Positions 1-18,990 of a DNA stretch of 64,000 bases are shown piece by piece (position 1 is the stretch's first letter; each line of letters opens with the position of its first letter). This stretch comes from Sminthopsis crassicaudata (taxonomy: Eukaryota), in NCBI RefSeq assembly GCF_048593235.1, contig NC_133622.1:251166055-251230054 (forward strand), given 5' to 3'. Both the position numbers and the translations under genes were made by a program. The notes under the pieces were generated by a model. The model did no database searches. It was not told the origin of the DNA and saw only the letters and a program-made list of their open reading frames with translations.

Positions 1-158
1 GGGTTGGGGGGCCCAGAACAGCCTAAGGACCCAGGGCCCCAGCCTCCGAGCTCCAGGGGCCTCCTGCAGCCTGGGTCACCCTCCCTGCCCCCAGCTGCTC
101 TGGGCCCGAGGATCCCCCTGGGGAGACCCCCTGGCCAGGCCTCGCCCCAGGTCTGCAA

Positions 159-164
159 TTTATT
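159..164 (-). terminator. Likely FIBP polyadenylation signal (AATAAA)
   Basis: tttatt on + at 159-164, about 280 nt downstream of the FIBP stop codon on the minus strand. Confidence 0.7.
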
Positions 165-441
165 ATCAGCACAAAGAGGCCTCAGGAGTGCCTGCGTGGG
201 GGCTGGGCTTCCCTGCCGGCCCGGCTCCCTGTTCCTCCCCCACCCCGTTCCACAGGGCAGGAGGAGCCCAATGGGGGCCCAGGGAGCAGGTGTCCTGGGG
301 CTGAGGCCCCCCAGGGCCCAGGTTCCCCGGCTGAGCGTGGAGGTGATGAGCAGGGCTGGCCAGGGGTCCCCTCCCCCCCTCCCCCTTTGGCAGCAGGGCC
401 CAGCAGAGGGCGTGCTGGGCGGGCGTCCGGGCTTCGGGGCC

Positions 442-3400
442 TCAGTCGTGGTACATGCGCAGGAGGCAGCTGCGCAGCGTGACCATGTAGCGATCCCAGA
501 GGGCCTGGTGCCTGCCAATGCAGAGAAGCTGCTCAGAGAGGGGCACACAGGGGTGGGGGGCAGGGGGCAGTGGGGCAGCAGGGGACCCTCACCGAAAGCC
601 ATCCAGGGAGTGGACGGAGGCAGAATACTGGTTCAGGAAGAGCCGGACATCGTTCAGCGGCCACCGGTCCGAGCGGCACGGCTCTATAAACTTTAGGGAG
701 ACAGGAGGCCTGATCTTTTCAGCCCAACAAGGCACAGTGGAGACCCCAACAGGCAGGAGGGGGGTGGCCCCAGCACCGGGAATCCCTACCTTTTCAACCA
801 GATCCACAAACAGGTCTCGCACGTCCTTGGTGTGGGTGAGCTTGGAGGCGATGTTGACCAGCCCTCGGGACAGGTTCTGTGGGGCCGGGAAGCCAAGGTC
901 TCGGGTCTGGCCTTCTCCCTCAGGACCCCAAAAGCCCCGGGTAGCACCCCCCCTCCCGAGGGGCTGCCAGGACCGCTGGGCCCCCTGCGGTGTGCACAGC
1001 CAAGCTGGCCACGGAGGTTTGGCAAAGGCCCCTGGTGCGCCGACCATGTGCGGGGAAAGCCGAGGAAAGCCGCTCCCCGAGCTGAGCCTCGGCTCACATG
1101 GGGAGCAGGAGCTTGGAGGGCTCCAGGGGGGTTGCGGCCCAGGGGACACACCTTGAAGTTAGCTTCCATCTCTGGAAAGACACTGAGCTTCCCTCGGAGA
1201 GCAGTGCACACCAAGCTGGGGGGAGGGAAGGAGGGGATGCTTCTGGGCCCTAGATTTCCCAACCCCTTCTTGAGCCCTGGACCTCCCCTCCCCAGTTCCG
1301 GATCCCCTCCCCTGAACCCTGGATCCCCCCTCCCCAGTCCTGGATCCCCTCCCCCAGTCCCCAGGACTTCAGATCCCCCTCCCACCGCCCCGGCCACCTC
1401 TTGTGCAGATCGAGCAGGTCCTTGTCGGCCACCAGCACCTTGAGCTCCTTCAGGTCCTGGAGAAACTCCTTGTCCAGGTCCACATCCATGTCGTCCACCT
1501 GAGAGTCTGCAGGGGGAGAGCTGGCTGAGGCCCAGGAGCCACCCATGAGCAGCCATGTCTGGCCAAAGCCCGCAAGGGGATGGGCCTCGGGCACCGAAAA
1601 GCAGCCTGGCTGGCTGGGAGGCAGGAGGCCCAGGTTCTGGGGCACAGTCATTTCCAGGTTCGAGTCGAGGTCTGGGTTCAAATCTTGCCTCAGACAATGA
1701 CTAGCAACATGCCTGGGCTTCAGATGGGAAAGGCTTCCCCTGATGTTCCTGGGACTCAGTTTCCCCCCAGGGAAGGACAGGACTGAAGCCTGGCTATTCC
1801 TGCTCCCTGTATTAGTCTGCCAGGCAAAGCCCACTGGGGTCCTGGGAGGGGAAGAGCAGGTGGGACTCAGAGCCAGGAGCCCTCTGTGGGGAGGGGGTCA
1901 GGAGGCTGCTTACCTGGGAGGGGAAGGAGGAGGGGGGCTGCTCACACACAGAGGGCCTGGTGGTCACCCATGGCGGGGGGGAGGGAAGGAAGTACAGGGG
2001 CTGCTCACCCACAGCGCCAGGCGTCCAGTTCTGAATCATCAGTTCAGCACAGAAGGCCAAGTCCCCAAAGGTGAGATACTGAAGCTTCTTCTTGCCCGTC
2101 TCAAACCGGTTGTTGGCAAAGAAGACCACGGCCGCGTAGTCCCTGGGGGGACGGGCGCTTAGCCAGACTCCGGAGCCCCAGGGCCGCGCCCTCCCGGGTC
2201 CCCGGGCCTCACCTGGCTAGCCGGTCGGAGAGGAGGAAATGCTGCTGGATGTTGCCGGCCAGGGACCCCCGCATCTCCTCCACCACCTTGAAGACTCTCT
2301 TGAAGTTGTCGAACTGCGGGGAGAAGAGGCTGAGCGCAGGCTGGGCAGGAGGCCGAGACCCTCGCCCCAGTTATTGGTGTCCCAGGCAGGACTGTGCCGG
2401 GGAGAGCTGCGCTGTAAGCAGCGGCTCTTCTTTTTGTCGGTTCTTCACAAACCATCATGAGGTTTTGGGAAATGAACCGGTTTAATGGGTTCTGACTTGG
2501 AATCTGTTTCATCTCCCCCTGGTTTTCAGGATCGAGGGTTTGGTGGAGAATTTTCTCTTTTTCTAGGTTTTTGTTGCTGTTGCTTGGTTTTGGTTTATGC
2601 CCAACTCATTGATCTGCTTGTTTAGAGACAGAAATTCTCCCCAAGGGCTGCTCTGGCTGCCCCCCCCACATTTTGGGACGTTTTGTCTCAGGGACAGCCT
2701 GCAGGAGGCCCGTTCTTGATGTGACTGCATTGGGGGTTAGGGGCTGGGGGTGGGCGGCACTCCAATGTCCCCACAAGCAGCATGGTCCCGAAGAGAGATG
2801 GGCTGCCTCAGGAAGAGCTGGATGGGTTCTCACCCGCAGTGGGGGGTAGGGGCCTTTTTTCTGGTTGGGCTGGACTGGTTCAGCTCTCAGGCCTCTTTGG
2901 ATTCTGAGGTCCTATGGTTCTGGGCCACATGGACCTGGTTTAAATGCTGCCTCAGGCACTGGGTCACATGACCACTCAGCTTCAGTTTACCCATTTATAA
3001 AACAGGGGTGATAACAGCTATGACACAGGGCTGACTTTAGGAAGTTCACACTGTCAGCTGATCCGGCGCCCTGAGAACAAGGCCTGGCCGTGCCCGGGGT
3101 GGGGGCAGAGCCAGAAGTTTTGCTGAAGAGGGAGGGCAGGATGCCCACTCATGCTGGCAGACAGAACTGGGAGACCGTGCGGAGGGAAGGGCGGAGGCGC
3201 CCACTCAGAAAAGGCTGAAAGGGGCTCAGATTTACTTTTCCCCAACAAGCCTTTATGGAGTGTCTCCTGGGTACTGGGCATTGTGCTTAGTGCTTAACAG
3301 ACATCACACCTGACTCTTACAACCTGGGGAAGAAGGTGCTATCATTGGACAGATGAGTAAACTGAGGCAGCAGAGATATAGAATTTGCCCATGGGTCACG

Positions 3401-4627
3401 CAGACGGGAACGTGGGGTTTCCCGACCGCAGGCCCGGCGCTCTGAGGGCCTCCGCAGAGGAAACTGGGGCCCGACAAGGGAAGGGGTTTGTCTGAGGGGG
3501 TCAGTGGCCTCCCAGGCTGGCGCGGGGGTCTCAGCTAGAAAAAGTCGCTGGGCTCAGAGTGGGAAGCCCACCATTTGGACCCCAGCACCCTGGTACAAAG
3601 TCCCTCTCTTGCCACCCTAGTTCTGGCTGGGAGAGGGTGTTCAGACCAGCTGGCGAAGGGAGCTGAGTGCCCTCGGACGCACTGGGTGGATCACAGGGGG
3701 AGTGGGGAGGTGGCAGGGAAGCCAGAAGAGCCGGGGTGACCCGCTCAGGTGGGAGGCTGCTGGAATGTCCCAAAGGAATAATGCAGTCGTGGGCAGAGGA
3801 GGCTCCAGAGCCCCAGGATCCCTGACCTGTCTCCGGCAGCTCTTGAGGGTCACCCCGGTCTTGGTGCTGATGTCATCCAGGTCCTTCTTGGTGCCCTTGG
3901 ACAGCTTCTTTCCCAGCACCTCCCGGACAAAGGCCTCATCAAAGGCATAGTACCTGGTGGGACAGAAAGGGGTGGCCTTGGGGGGACAGGAGGCACAGCC
4001 TGGGGCTGCCTGGGGGCAGGGAAGGGCTCCTTAGAGGGGGAAAGCTCTGCCTAAGGGAACTAGGGGGGGGGGGGACACAGGGGATGTCCCTAGGGGGGAG
4101 GAGGGGCTTGAATGGGAGAGCCCAGTCTGGGGAAGGGGGCGGGGCAGGGCAGCCAGAGGAGGGGAGGAGCAGAGCAGAGGACGAGCCCACGAGGGAAAGC
4201 CGCCCAGCTGGGGGCGGAGCTTAGGGCCTCCCCACCTCTCGATGAGCAGGGCCTGCCGGGAGGGCGGGATCTGGAAGACTAGCTGGTGCAGCAGCTTGGG
4301 CGGCGTATGCAGCAGGCGCTCCAGCATGTGGAAAGTGCGGTAGTGGTCCATGGTGTCGCTCTGCAGCACGCCCGCCGTGGCTCCCGTCTGCTCCAGGATG
4401 CCCGAGCGCACTCGCAGCCCCACCGCATCGCTCACTGCGGACGAGAGGAGGCCATGGGGGCGGTCAGGGGGAGGGGGAAGGAAGTTCGCGCCCCGCCCCC
4501 GCCCTCCCCCGCCCCGCCCCCCCAGGGCTCCCCCGCCCGCACCCGAATATCCGTCCAGCCAGAGCCGATACACGTCCTCGTCGATGAGGGTCGTGTTCCC
4601 CACGAAGATGTCCAGCTCGTTGGTCAT
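442..4627 (-). CDS. FIBP: FGF1 intracellular binding protein, 10 coding exons, 357 aa
   Basis: Exons (minus): 4627-4543, 4434-4236, 3953-3827, 2313-2213, 2142-2009, 1506-1398, 1215-1152, 876-790, 690-593, 511-442. All introns are GT-AG and phases are continuous; the total is 1074 nt. The protein runs [29 protein letters not shown]...[19 protein letters not shown]...[22 protein letters not shown] and matches recalled human FIBP (357-aa short isoform). Confidence 0.97.
1275..1385. repeat. Short degenerate tandem repeat (~20-bp unit, ggatcccctccccagtcct) in FIBP intron 6
   Basis: About five imperfect GGATCCCCTCCCC-containing copies in tandem. Confidence 0.7.
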
Positions 4628-4639
4628 GGCGGAGCTGGG

Positions 4640-4830
4640 CGCCCGGACGCTCGCCGGACTCGCCCCGGCCCCGGAGCAGCCACCGCTTCCGGGTGCAGCC
4701 GTGCCTCCGCTCCGACACTCACTGCGAACCTCGGACCATTTCCGGTGCGGAGGGTTGGGCCTGGCGGCTCTGGTTAAGCCCCGCCCCTAGGTGGGCGGTC
4801 CTGCCTCCCTTGGGCCCCGCCTCATCCCTG
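4640..4830 (-). promoter_or_regulatory. FIBP CpG-island promoter with Ets-type and GC-box motifs
   Basis: CpG-dense DNA just upstream of the ATG, containing CGCTTCCGG and ATTTCCGG (Ets-like) and CCCCGCCCC (Sp/KLF). Confidence 0.65.
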
Positions 4831-7114
4831 GCCCTCCGCAGCCCTGAGGTTCTGGAGGACGGGGAAATCCCGGCCCCCTCTGCAGCTCCACCTCCTGGCC
4901 TTGTTGTCCGCCCCTCATCCCCCAGCTCCCCATTTCATGTCCCCTTTGCCAGGCTCCCTCCCCAGCGGTCCCTTCCGTATTCCCTCCCCTAGATCAGTCT
5001 CCCCCTCCCCCCACGCATCTCCCCTCCCATTCCTCACCTCCCCTTATCCCTGCCCCTCTCTCCCCATCCTTCCTCCTTCCTCCCTCGTCGTCCTTATTGA
5101 AATAAGTCAGGAAATCAATGAAAAACATTTATTTAAAAATGGATTCGAGCATCTACCACACGCCGGCACTTCGGGGGCAACGTCAAACGCGGGAACAGCC
5201 TCTGCCCTCCCAGAGCTTTCCCTCGGAGAGACCATGTGCCCTTAGAGGCAGAAAGTAACACCCGACGTAAACAAGAGGGGGGGAGAGGGGAGGGTGCCGG
5301 GGGGGGGGGGGGGGCGGAGAGCAGAGGCACTGCGCGGGAAGGCCCGGGGAAGGGGTGAGAGGCTATGGGCCGGCTGACACGTTAAAGGGCCTGGGGCTTT
5401 GAAGGAATGGGAGTGAGGAGAGAACACACTGCAGGGTGGGGGGGAGAGTGAAAATCTCCCGAGAGGCTGCGAGGCAGCAAGCGGGCCGCTTTCTCCTCAC
5501 ACATCCCCCTGCTCCTCCTCCCCACTTCTTTTCCTTCTCTCTCCACCTCCTCTTCCCCAGTCTTCAGCTCCACATCCCCTCTCGTCCAATCTCTTCTCCT
5601 CCCTTGTCTCTCCACCCTCCCCCACTGGGGCCTCCTCTGCTCCCCACCCCATCATCCCTAAGTCCTATCTTCCTCCCCTCTCCACCTCTCCTCTGCCCAT
5701 CCTCATCCTCCTCCGCAGAGCCACTGTTCCTTTTCCCCTCTCCTTCCGAGTGTCTCATCACTTCTTCCTCCCCGCCCCCCACTCCTGTATTGCTCCTTCC
5801 TCAGCGCCAGTGGGGGGCCGGGGCTCGGCAGCCGCCGAGGGGCCCAGCTCTCCTGGGTCCTCCGCTTCCCGGTCCCACAGCGGGCTCGGCCTTCCCAGCT
5901 CCGAGCTTGGGGACTCGGCTGCCCATTCAGACAATCCCTAAGGAAGCAGAACGGAGGCTGACGCGGGGAGGGGAGAGCTGAGGGACTAGGACTCCGGGCT
6001 TTGCTAGAGATAAGATGCCGTGTCCAGGAAGGGTCCCAGTGTTGAGGAGGTGACGGCGAAGTGGGAATTTAGATACCTGGCGTAGGGCTCAGAAAGAAAT
6101 AGAACAGCCCAGCCCTCAAAGCGCAGCGTCTTAGGGAAAGCACAGGGGCTTCTGGCTCTAGAGGGCACTGAGAGAGGAGAGAGCTTGAGGAACTCGGGGG
6201 ACAGGAGAACAGCACCCTGAGTCCGAAGGCCAGGGACACGGGGTGCCAGTTTGAGGCACTGAGGACACACCGGGACAGGCGCCGAGGGGTTGGAACTCCG
6301 ACCCAAGGAAGCCGGCCTAAATGCCCAACGAGAATAGGTTCAGGAGGAGTTGGGATGAGATTCCACGCCCCCCCCCCCCGTCCCAGCCCCCCACCCGGCA
6401 GGCACCGGGCCTCCGGATTCTGGGGAAGATGCAAACTCTGAGGGGGGGTTGGGACACTTGGGTTCCGGCTTGTGTGATCCTCTCCTCACTCCCCCAAGCA
6501 CGGGGACCCCAGGATTCGGAAGGAAAGTAGCCTGAAATCTGAGGAAGGATCTTGGGATGCTGCAGCGGAGATGGGAGGAGAGCGCCCAGGGACAAGCTGA
6601 GGCGGCGGGGCTCTGGGCCAGATAAGCTGGGAGCCTCCGAGGCCTGGGAGCCTCCGAGGCCTGGGAGCTGGGCCCCGGCCCGGATCAGAGATGGGAGGAT
6701 AATCCTCCCCTCCCCCGCGGGCTCTTCGGGGTTCAGGGGAAGGGAAGATAAGAGCCCTTTGAGGATAAGACCTTGAAAGCACTTGATCCCGGGTTCGGGC
6801 GGAGAGGGGAGAGCAGCCCCCGGGGCAGGCACCCAGACGCCTGGCTTCTGCAGAAGATAAGCCGAGGCCCTTTGAGGACGGGAGCTCAGACTCCGGAGGC
6901 CAGGGGTCACGTGGAAGTTCGGCCCGGCCCTTAGGATAAGGGCAAGCCCCGGGACGCCTGGGTTCCGCGGAAGATAAGCCGCGGCCCTAGGAGCACGGCG
7001 AGCCGGGACACTCTGTGCCCCCGGATTGTCCGGATGGGAGGACAGCTCCTTCCCCGCCCCCGCGGGCGCGCGGACGCCAGGGTCCCGTGACACGCTAGCA
7101 TGGGAGCGCTTTGA

Positions 7115-8260
<1,146 letters not shown>

Positions 8261-8409
8261 GCGAGCCCCCCAGCCCCCGCCCCCGCCCAGCCGGGTCGTG
8301 ACCTCAGGGTGCCAGCCCCCGCCCCCGCCGGGATGCGGCCCCGGGGTGCCAGCCCCTGCCCCTGCCAAGCCCAGCTCTGTCCAGCCCGGATGCGCCCTTG
8401 CCCTCGGGC

Positions 8410-8415
8410 AATAAA
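8410..8415 (+). terminator. Likely CCDC85B polyadenylation signal (AATAAA)
   Basis: AATAAA 150 nt after the stop codon. Confidence 0.7.
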
Positions 8416-9375
8416 ACTGCGAGAGATCCCAGCCCACTGGCCTGGACCCTGCGTCTGTTTGGGGACCCAGAGGCGACGTGGGGGTGGGGTTGGGGGACCA
8501 GACCCCTCCCGAGATTGGGGTGACTTCCCTCCCCTCCGAAGCCCCTTTATGCAGGGGAAGGCACAGGAGCCAGAATGCCTGGTGCTTGGAGATAGATGCC
8601 CGGAAACCTTGCTCTGTCCCAGCTCCTCCAAGCCAGAGGGGATGGGGGGGCAGCGGCCCCCAGGAATCTGTAAGGGAGCATGTTTTGTGGGCACCCTGGG
8701 CCTGGGGCTCAGAGGGGTCTGGAGAATTCCATGAGCACAGTCGGCTGGGATCCAAGGCCCGAGGAGGAGCCCCCACCCTCTCCAGGCTCCTTCCTGCCCA
8801 GACCAGGATGTTTCTGGCGAAGACAATGGGGCAGGAAGCAGGTGGTGGGGTTTAAGGTCCAGATAAAGAGGAACCCGAGGTGACCCCCCTCCCCCGGGGA
8901 CTTCCGAGCTGGTCGAGGGGCAAGATGCTCTGATTCCAGGGAGATAGCAAGTGTCCGGCACTGTCCCCCTTCCTGGCCTAGCCGGTGGGAAAGGCAGCCC
9001 CCACCCACTTCCCAAGCTTCCTGGCATCTTTGCAAGTGAGTGAGTCTTCTTCCGGCCTAGCCACAAAGTGGCCACTCATCTGAGACTAAGTCCATGCACT
9101 TTCCTAGGTCTCAGTCTCCCCATCTGTAAACTGAGGGTAGATTAGATAACAGGGACAATTCCTTCCAGCCCGACATTGGGTATTCTTGTCCCAAGGTCAT
9201 TCCCTGGTCTAACGTTCTGCCTTCCAAGATCCCTCCCCACTGTCCCAGCCTGCGTTCCGTGGTGTAAGGACATTGGGGTTCTGGGTTCTCAGACGCTTCC
9301 CTTCGGGGCCAGTGGGTTCTCCGCGCTCGGATCTCCAGGTTTCAAGGAGACGCCACCCCAACAGCCTTCAGTCTT

Positions 9376-9381
9376 TTTATT
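9376..9381 (-). terminator. Likely FOSL1 polyadenylation signal (AATAAA)
   Basis: tttatt on +, about 610 nt past the FOSL1 stop codon on the minus strand. Confidence 0.65.
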
Positions 9382-9988
9382 CCATTTGGCCATTTGTACA
9401 AAAATAGTCTCTTTAGGAAAATAAATAGCAGCCTCTCAGGAAAAGGAGCAGGTTTCGTGGAGGAGTTTGGGGGGAGCCTCTCTGAGCTTTGAGGGCCCGG
9501 GGCCACTCCAGCCCATCAAGGAGGCTTCTGCCAGAGGTAGGCCCTGCCCAGGGCGAAGGGCACCAGAGCAAGGGGGCAGGGGAGGGCCCTGTGCTCCATC
9601 ACTTGTGCTGCTGGGAAGAGATTAGTGTTCTAGGGGACTCCTGGAGCCGCAGGGGGAGGAGGCAGTGAGAGCTCAGAAGGGGGTTAGGGCCTTGTAGGAA
9701 GATTAGCAATAAGCCCCTGAGGACAGCTCAGCCCTGAAAATCTCAGCTGTGGGTCAGGGGAGGGCAGCAGCCCCAAGTGCTCCTGCATACGTGAGAGCTC
9801 TGGCACACAGTAGGCATTTAAATGTTCCTTGCCTTCAATAGCATCAATTTCTGTCTGAGCCCCCGGGAGGGGGCTTCGTGGTCCCCAAGGTGCTCAGGAC
9901 ATGCTAAGACAAGGGATGCCCAGACAAGATGTCCGGATTGGAGACGGGGACCAAACAAGAAGGGAATGGGAGGGAGAGGGATGACCTC

Positions 9989-15410
<5,422 letters not shown>

Positions 15411-15753
15411 GTCTCGGCGAGTACTGAGTGGGTCCCAGGCTTCCCGGACTCCCCGCGTCCCTACTCGGATCTGACTCACTTGTTGCTCGGTCGCCTACTT
15501 GGCTTTTTTATGAATGAACATTTTTATGGAACGAACCATTTTTTTCTAGGGGGAGAATGGCTAGCCATCTTCCTGACTTTAACTTCCAAAAATACAAACC
15601 TGTTCTGAATCCCATCTTTTTAGATTTCCTCTCCTCTCTTATATAAATCTATCCTTTCTTATTTAGAAAAAAAAACCAGACCCGTGTTTCTCGGAGCTTC
15701 CAGTCTGTACGTCCCCCCCGGGGTCCAACAGATTGGTATGGTCGAAGGCTTGA

Positions 15754-15786
15754 TGACGTAGATGCCCATATATGGGGCAACTTCCT
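15754..15786 (-). promoter_or_regulatory. FOSL1 serum response element (ATF/CRE + CArG + Ets)
   Basis: TGACGTA 15754-15760, perfect CArG CCATATATGG 15766-15775 and ACTTCCT 15780-15786, about 360 nt upstream of the ATG. Confidence 0.75.
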
Positions 15787-17026
15787 ACGCCACGCCTGGG
15801 CTCTGTGAAGGATTCCCCCGACGCCAGACCTCGCCGCAGGTTCTAGGGCACCTGGGCTCCGCCCCCTGACTCCCAGGCCCTGAGCGCTGCGGAGGGATGC
15901 GGGGTCCTCGCGCTGCTGGGGACCCGGCCACGGACCTTCATTAAGCCTGCACCCTGCGCCAGGCCCGGCTCACGGAGACACAAATGAAGCCACCCTTGCC
16001 CTCGGGAAGCTTACGTTCTGCCGCGTACTTCCCGGCACCCGGATGAGTAAGTACGGACTGAAGGGGGAGGGGCGGTGGCGTGGGGATGCTAGCGAGGCTC
16101 TTCTAAGGTGGCCGTTTCAGTGCTTGGGCTGGGGAGGTCAGCAGAGCCCGGCACCCAAAAGGACAGGGATTCCTGCCCTCGCGGAGCTCACAGTCTCTGT
16201 GGGGGAGGGGGAGGGTCACCGGAGGGAAGCACCAGTGGGGAAAAGGAGGGGGACTCACCTGGTCTGAGCCCCGAAGGAAGAGAAGGCTTCTGGGAGGCCC
16301 AGGGACAAGGATGGGCAGGCATGGGGGGTTCTTAGGCAGACTTAGGCTATGGGGACACGAAGCAAGTACTCTGGGGAACAGCTCATAAAATGCAGAAGGG
16401 GAGCCCTGGCTCCCATGCCTCCGACATTAGTTGGGTCTCCATTCACTCAGTTTCCAGCTCTGTGAAAGGGTTTTGTTTTATTCCCCCCCCCCCGCAGGGG
16501 GTGGTGGGAAAACTGGCCATGGATTCATTGAAGCCCCTTTTGTTAAGCCCCTCGTACATGCCAGGCTCTGCGCTAAGTGCTGGGGTACAAAAGAGGCAAA
16601 AGACAGGCCTGGCACAATTTAAGGGTGAAGAGGCGGAGGAATACACCCCCAGAGCGACCTAAATACAAGCCAAATGGGAAGTAATTCAAAAAGGGGAAGG
16701 TCGGGATTAAGAAAAGTGTCCTTTAAAGGTAAGATCTGAATTGGGATTTAGAAGCCCTGGAGGGCAGCAGTCAGAGCCGAGGTACAACTTGTCAGGCATG
16801 GGGGATGCCACAGAGAACGCCTGGAGCCAGATGTAGGGTCTCCTCATGAAAAGAGCAGGAGGCTGCAGTCCCGCGGTTCTAGTGGAAGGAGATAGGGCAG
16901 GTAGGAGGGACCACGTGAGGAAGAGCTTTAAAAAACTTTAGAGCATCATAGGGAGTTGAATTTGGTCCTGAACCAAGTGGGAGCTAGTGAGCTGCTTGTC
17001 CATGCTTGGAAAAAAATTAGAAAATT

Positions 17027-17152
17027 GGGGCAGCTAGGTGGCACAGTGGATAGAACATAAGCCCTGAAGTCAGGAGGACCTGAGTTCAAATCAGGCCTGG
17101 GACACTTAACATTATCTGGCTGGGTGACCCTGGGCAAGTTACTTAACTCCCC
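17027..17152 (+). mobile_element. Marsupial CORE-SINE (WSINE1/Mar-like)
   Basis: ggggcagctaggtggcacagtggatag...aggacctgagttcaaat...gtgaccctgggcaagttacttaac: a tRNA-derived A/B-box head plus the CORE domain. Confidence 0.85.
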
Positions 17153-17160
17153 AACTACTT

Positions 17161-17193
17161 AGGAAGGAAGGAAGGAAGGAAGGAAGGAAGGAA
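17161..17193. repeat. (AGGA)8 microsatellite
   Basis: Read directly. Confidence 0.95.
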
Positions 17194-17279
17194 CCTTCAT
17201 TAATTCCCAATTCTCAAAGGTAAAGGAGAAGGCAGCAGTGAGATCCTCTGGTCCATCTTTCTGCCTACATAGAACAAGA

Positions 17280-18120
17280 AACAAACCTGATTATACAGTG
17301 ATTGATTCTGATGGAATCTTTTCAGAAGTGAGGTGATTCAGGCCTGTTCCAATGGTCTTGTGACAGAGCAAGCCATTTGCAGCCAGAGAAGGAGCAGGGA
17401 TCACGAGACTTTTTTGTTGTTTGTTTGCTTGCATTTTGTTTTCCTTCTCATTTTTTCCTTCTGCAGCACGATAATTGTGGAAATATGTACAGGAGAATTG
17501 CACATGCTTAACATATATTGAATTGCTTACTGTCTATGGTGGGGGGGAAGGAAGGGAGGGAGAAAAACATTTGGAACCCAAGATTTTGCAAGGGTGAATG
17601 CTGAAAAACATCTGTGCACATGGTCTAAAAATAAAAAACGTAAAAAACCAGATCTGAAAGCTTCTAAAGACATTAGGATCCCCTTTTCCTCACTAGGGAA
17701 CCATCACTACTTTTTTGAATTGGGTTATAGGTTTAAAGATGAAAGGAGACTTACAAATCAGCTCATTTAGCCTCCCCTTTTTACAGAGGAGGAAACTGAG
17801 ACCTAAGTCTTAAAACCCTCCCAGAAGCAGATCACAACATAGTCTTCTCACTCTTTTTATTGTTGTTTGCTGGCATTTTGTTTTACTTCTCCTTTTTTTT
17901 TTTTTTTCCTTTTTGATTTGATTTTCCTTGTGCGGCAAGATAACTGTACAAATATGGATGCATACATTGGATTTAACCTAGATATCTACCATTTTTAACA
18001 TATATTGTACTACTTGCCATCTAGGGGAGGGGGAAATTGGAACACCAGGTTCTGCAAGGGCTAATGTTGAAGAATTGGTCACACATATGTTTTGAAAAAT
18101 AAAAAGCTTTAATAAAGAAG
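17280..18120 (+). mobile_element. Two older L1 3'-UTR fragments (~17280-17647 and ~17840-18120)
   Basis: T-rich tract, then a G-rich ggggagggg stretch, ttttgcaagggtgaatg / ttctgcaagggctaatgttg, and AATAAA-containing ends, typical of marsupial L1 3' ends. Boundaries are approximate. Confidence 0.6.
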
Positions 18121-18990
18121 AAGAATACAGAGCATAGAAAATCTGGGCTGGGAAACATAAAGTGTAAAGTTGGGAGGAGACTTAGAACATGGAATACCAA
18201 AGTTGGAATGGACCTGTGAACAAAGAAAGTGAGAGCTGGGAGAACCCTTATAAAGACCATCAGCTCCTTGAGAGAGGCTAGAACACAAAACAGAGGGTGT
18301 CAGAGTTGGGAAGGATCTTAGTCAATCAGTAAGTCAGGCAAATCAATAAATATTTATTAAGCTCCTACTAAGTGCTAAAGAGACAAAGAAAGGCAAAAAA
18401 CTCCTTCCTCTCAGAAAGTTTATCAATCTAATGTGCAGTGGCTTGGCCAAGGTCGTACAGATACTAAATAAATCCGGGAGCTGGGACTTGAACCCCAGTC
18501 CTAAAGGCAGTACTCTGTTCATTATGCTATACTGCCTACATAGTCTGAGGATTCTGGGTTTCCCGTCATCCACCCCAACTCCAAAATAAGGCTGAAATGG
18601 CCCAACAACGGTTCCTTCCTTGCTTGCCTTTGGATCTCTGTGTTAAAATTCACTCTGGACCCACTGAATCGAGTCTCCCACACAGCTTGCCCAGGGAAGG
18701 CTTATCTCAGTGGTAGAAGCTCCTGAATGACCTAGGGGCCTGCCTGCACTCAAACCCTGGCAGAGACCACGTCCCCGGACAGAAGGACCCAGGCACATAC
18801 ACCCGCGATTGCTGCCGCCTGCGGACACACAGGCAGACGCAGCCGTAGCACCTCGTTCTCCCTGAATCGGACCCAACCACACATCCTGGCCCAAGAAAGC
18901 CCCCCTAGCCCCCCCACCATAGGGACAGGAAGTTGTGGGGGAAGCACAAAGGGACCATCAGTCAGGAATCCTGGGTTCTAGTCCTAGTTC

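Noticed and set aside
4-1697. Long plus- and minus-strand ORFs overlapping the FIBP 3' exons
   Set aside because: They are GC-rich shadow frames or intron read-through. The spliced FIBP model explains all the conserved peptide segments.
15411-15479. N-terminal extension of FOSL1 from the ORF track (MSQIRV...)
   Set aside because: It starts at a GTG inside an AP-1 site. The conserved MFRDFG ATG is at 15410.
17027-17100. tRNA genes at SINE heads
   Set aside because: A/B boxes are present but lead into the CORE domain with no cloverleaf, so these are SINEs rather than tRNA genes.
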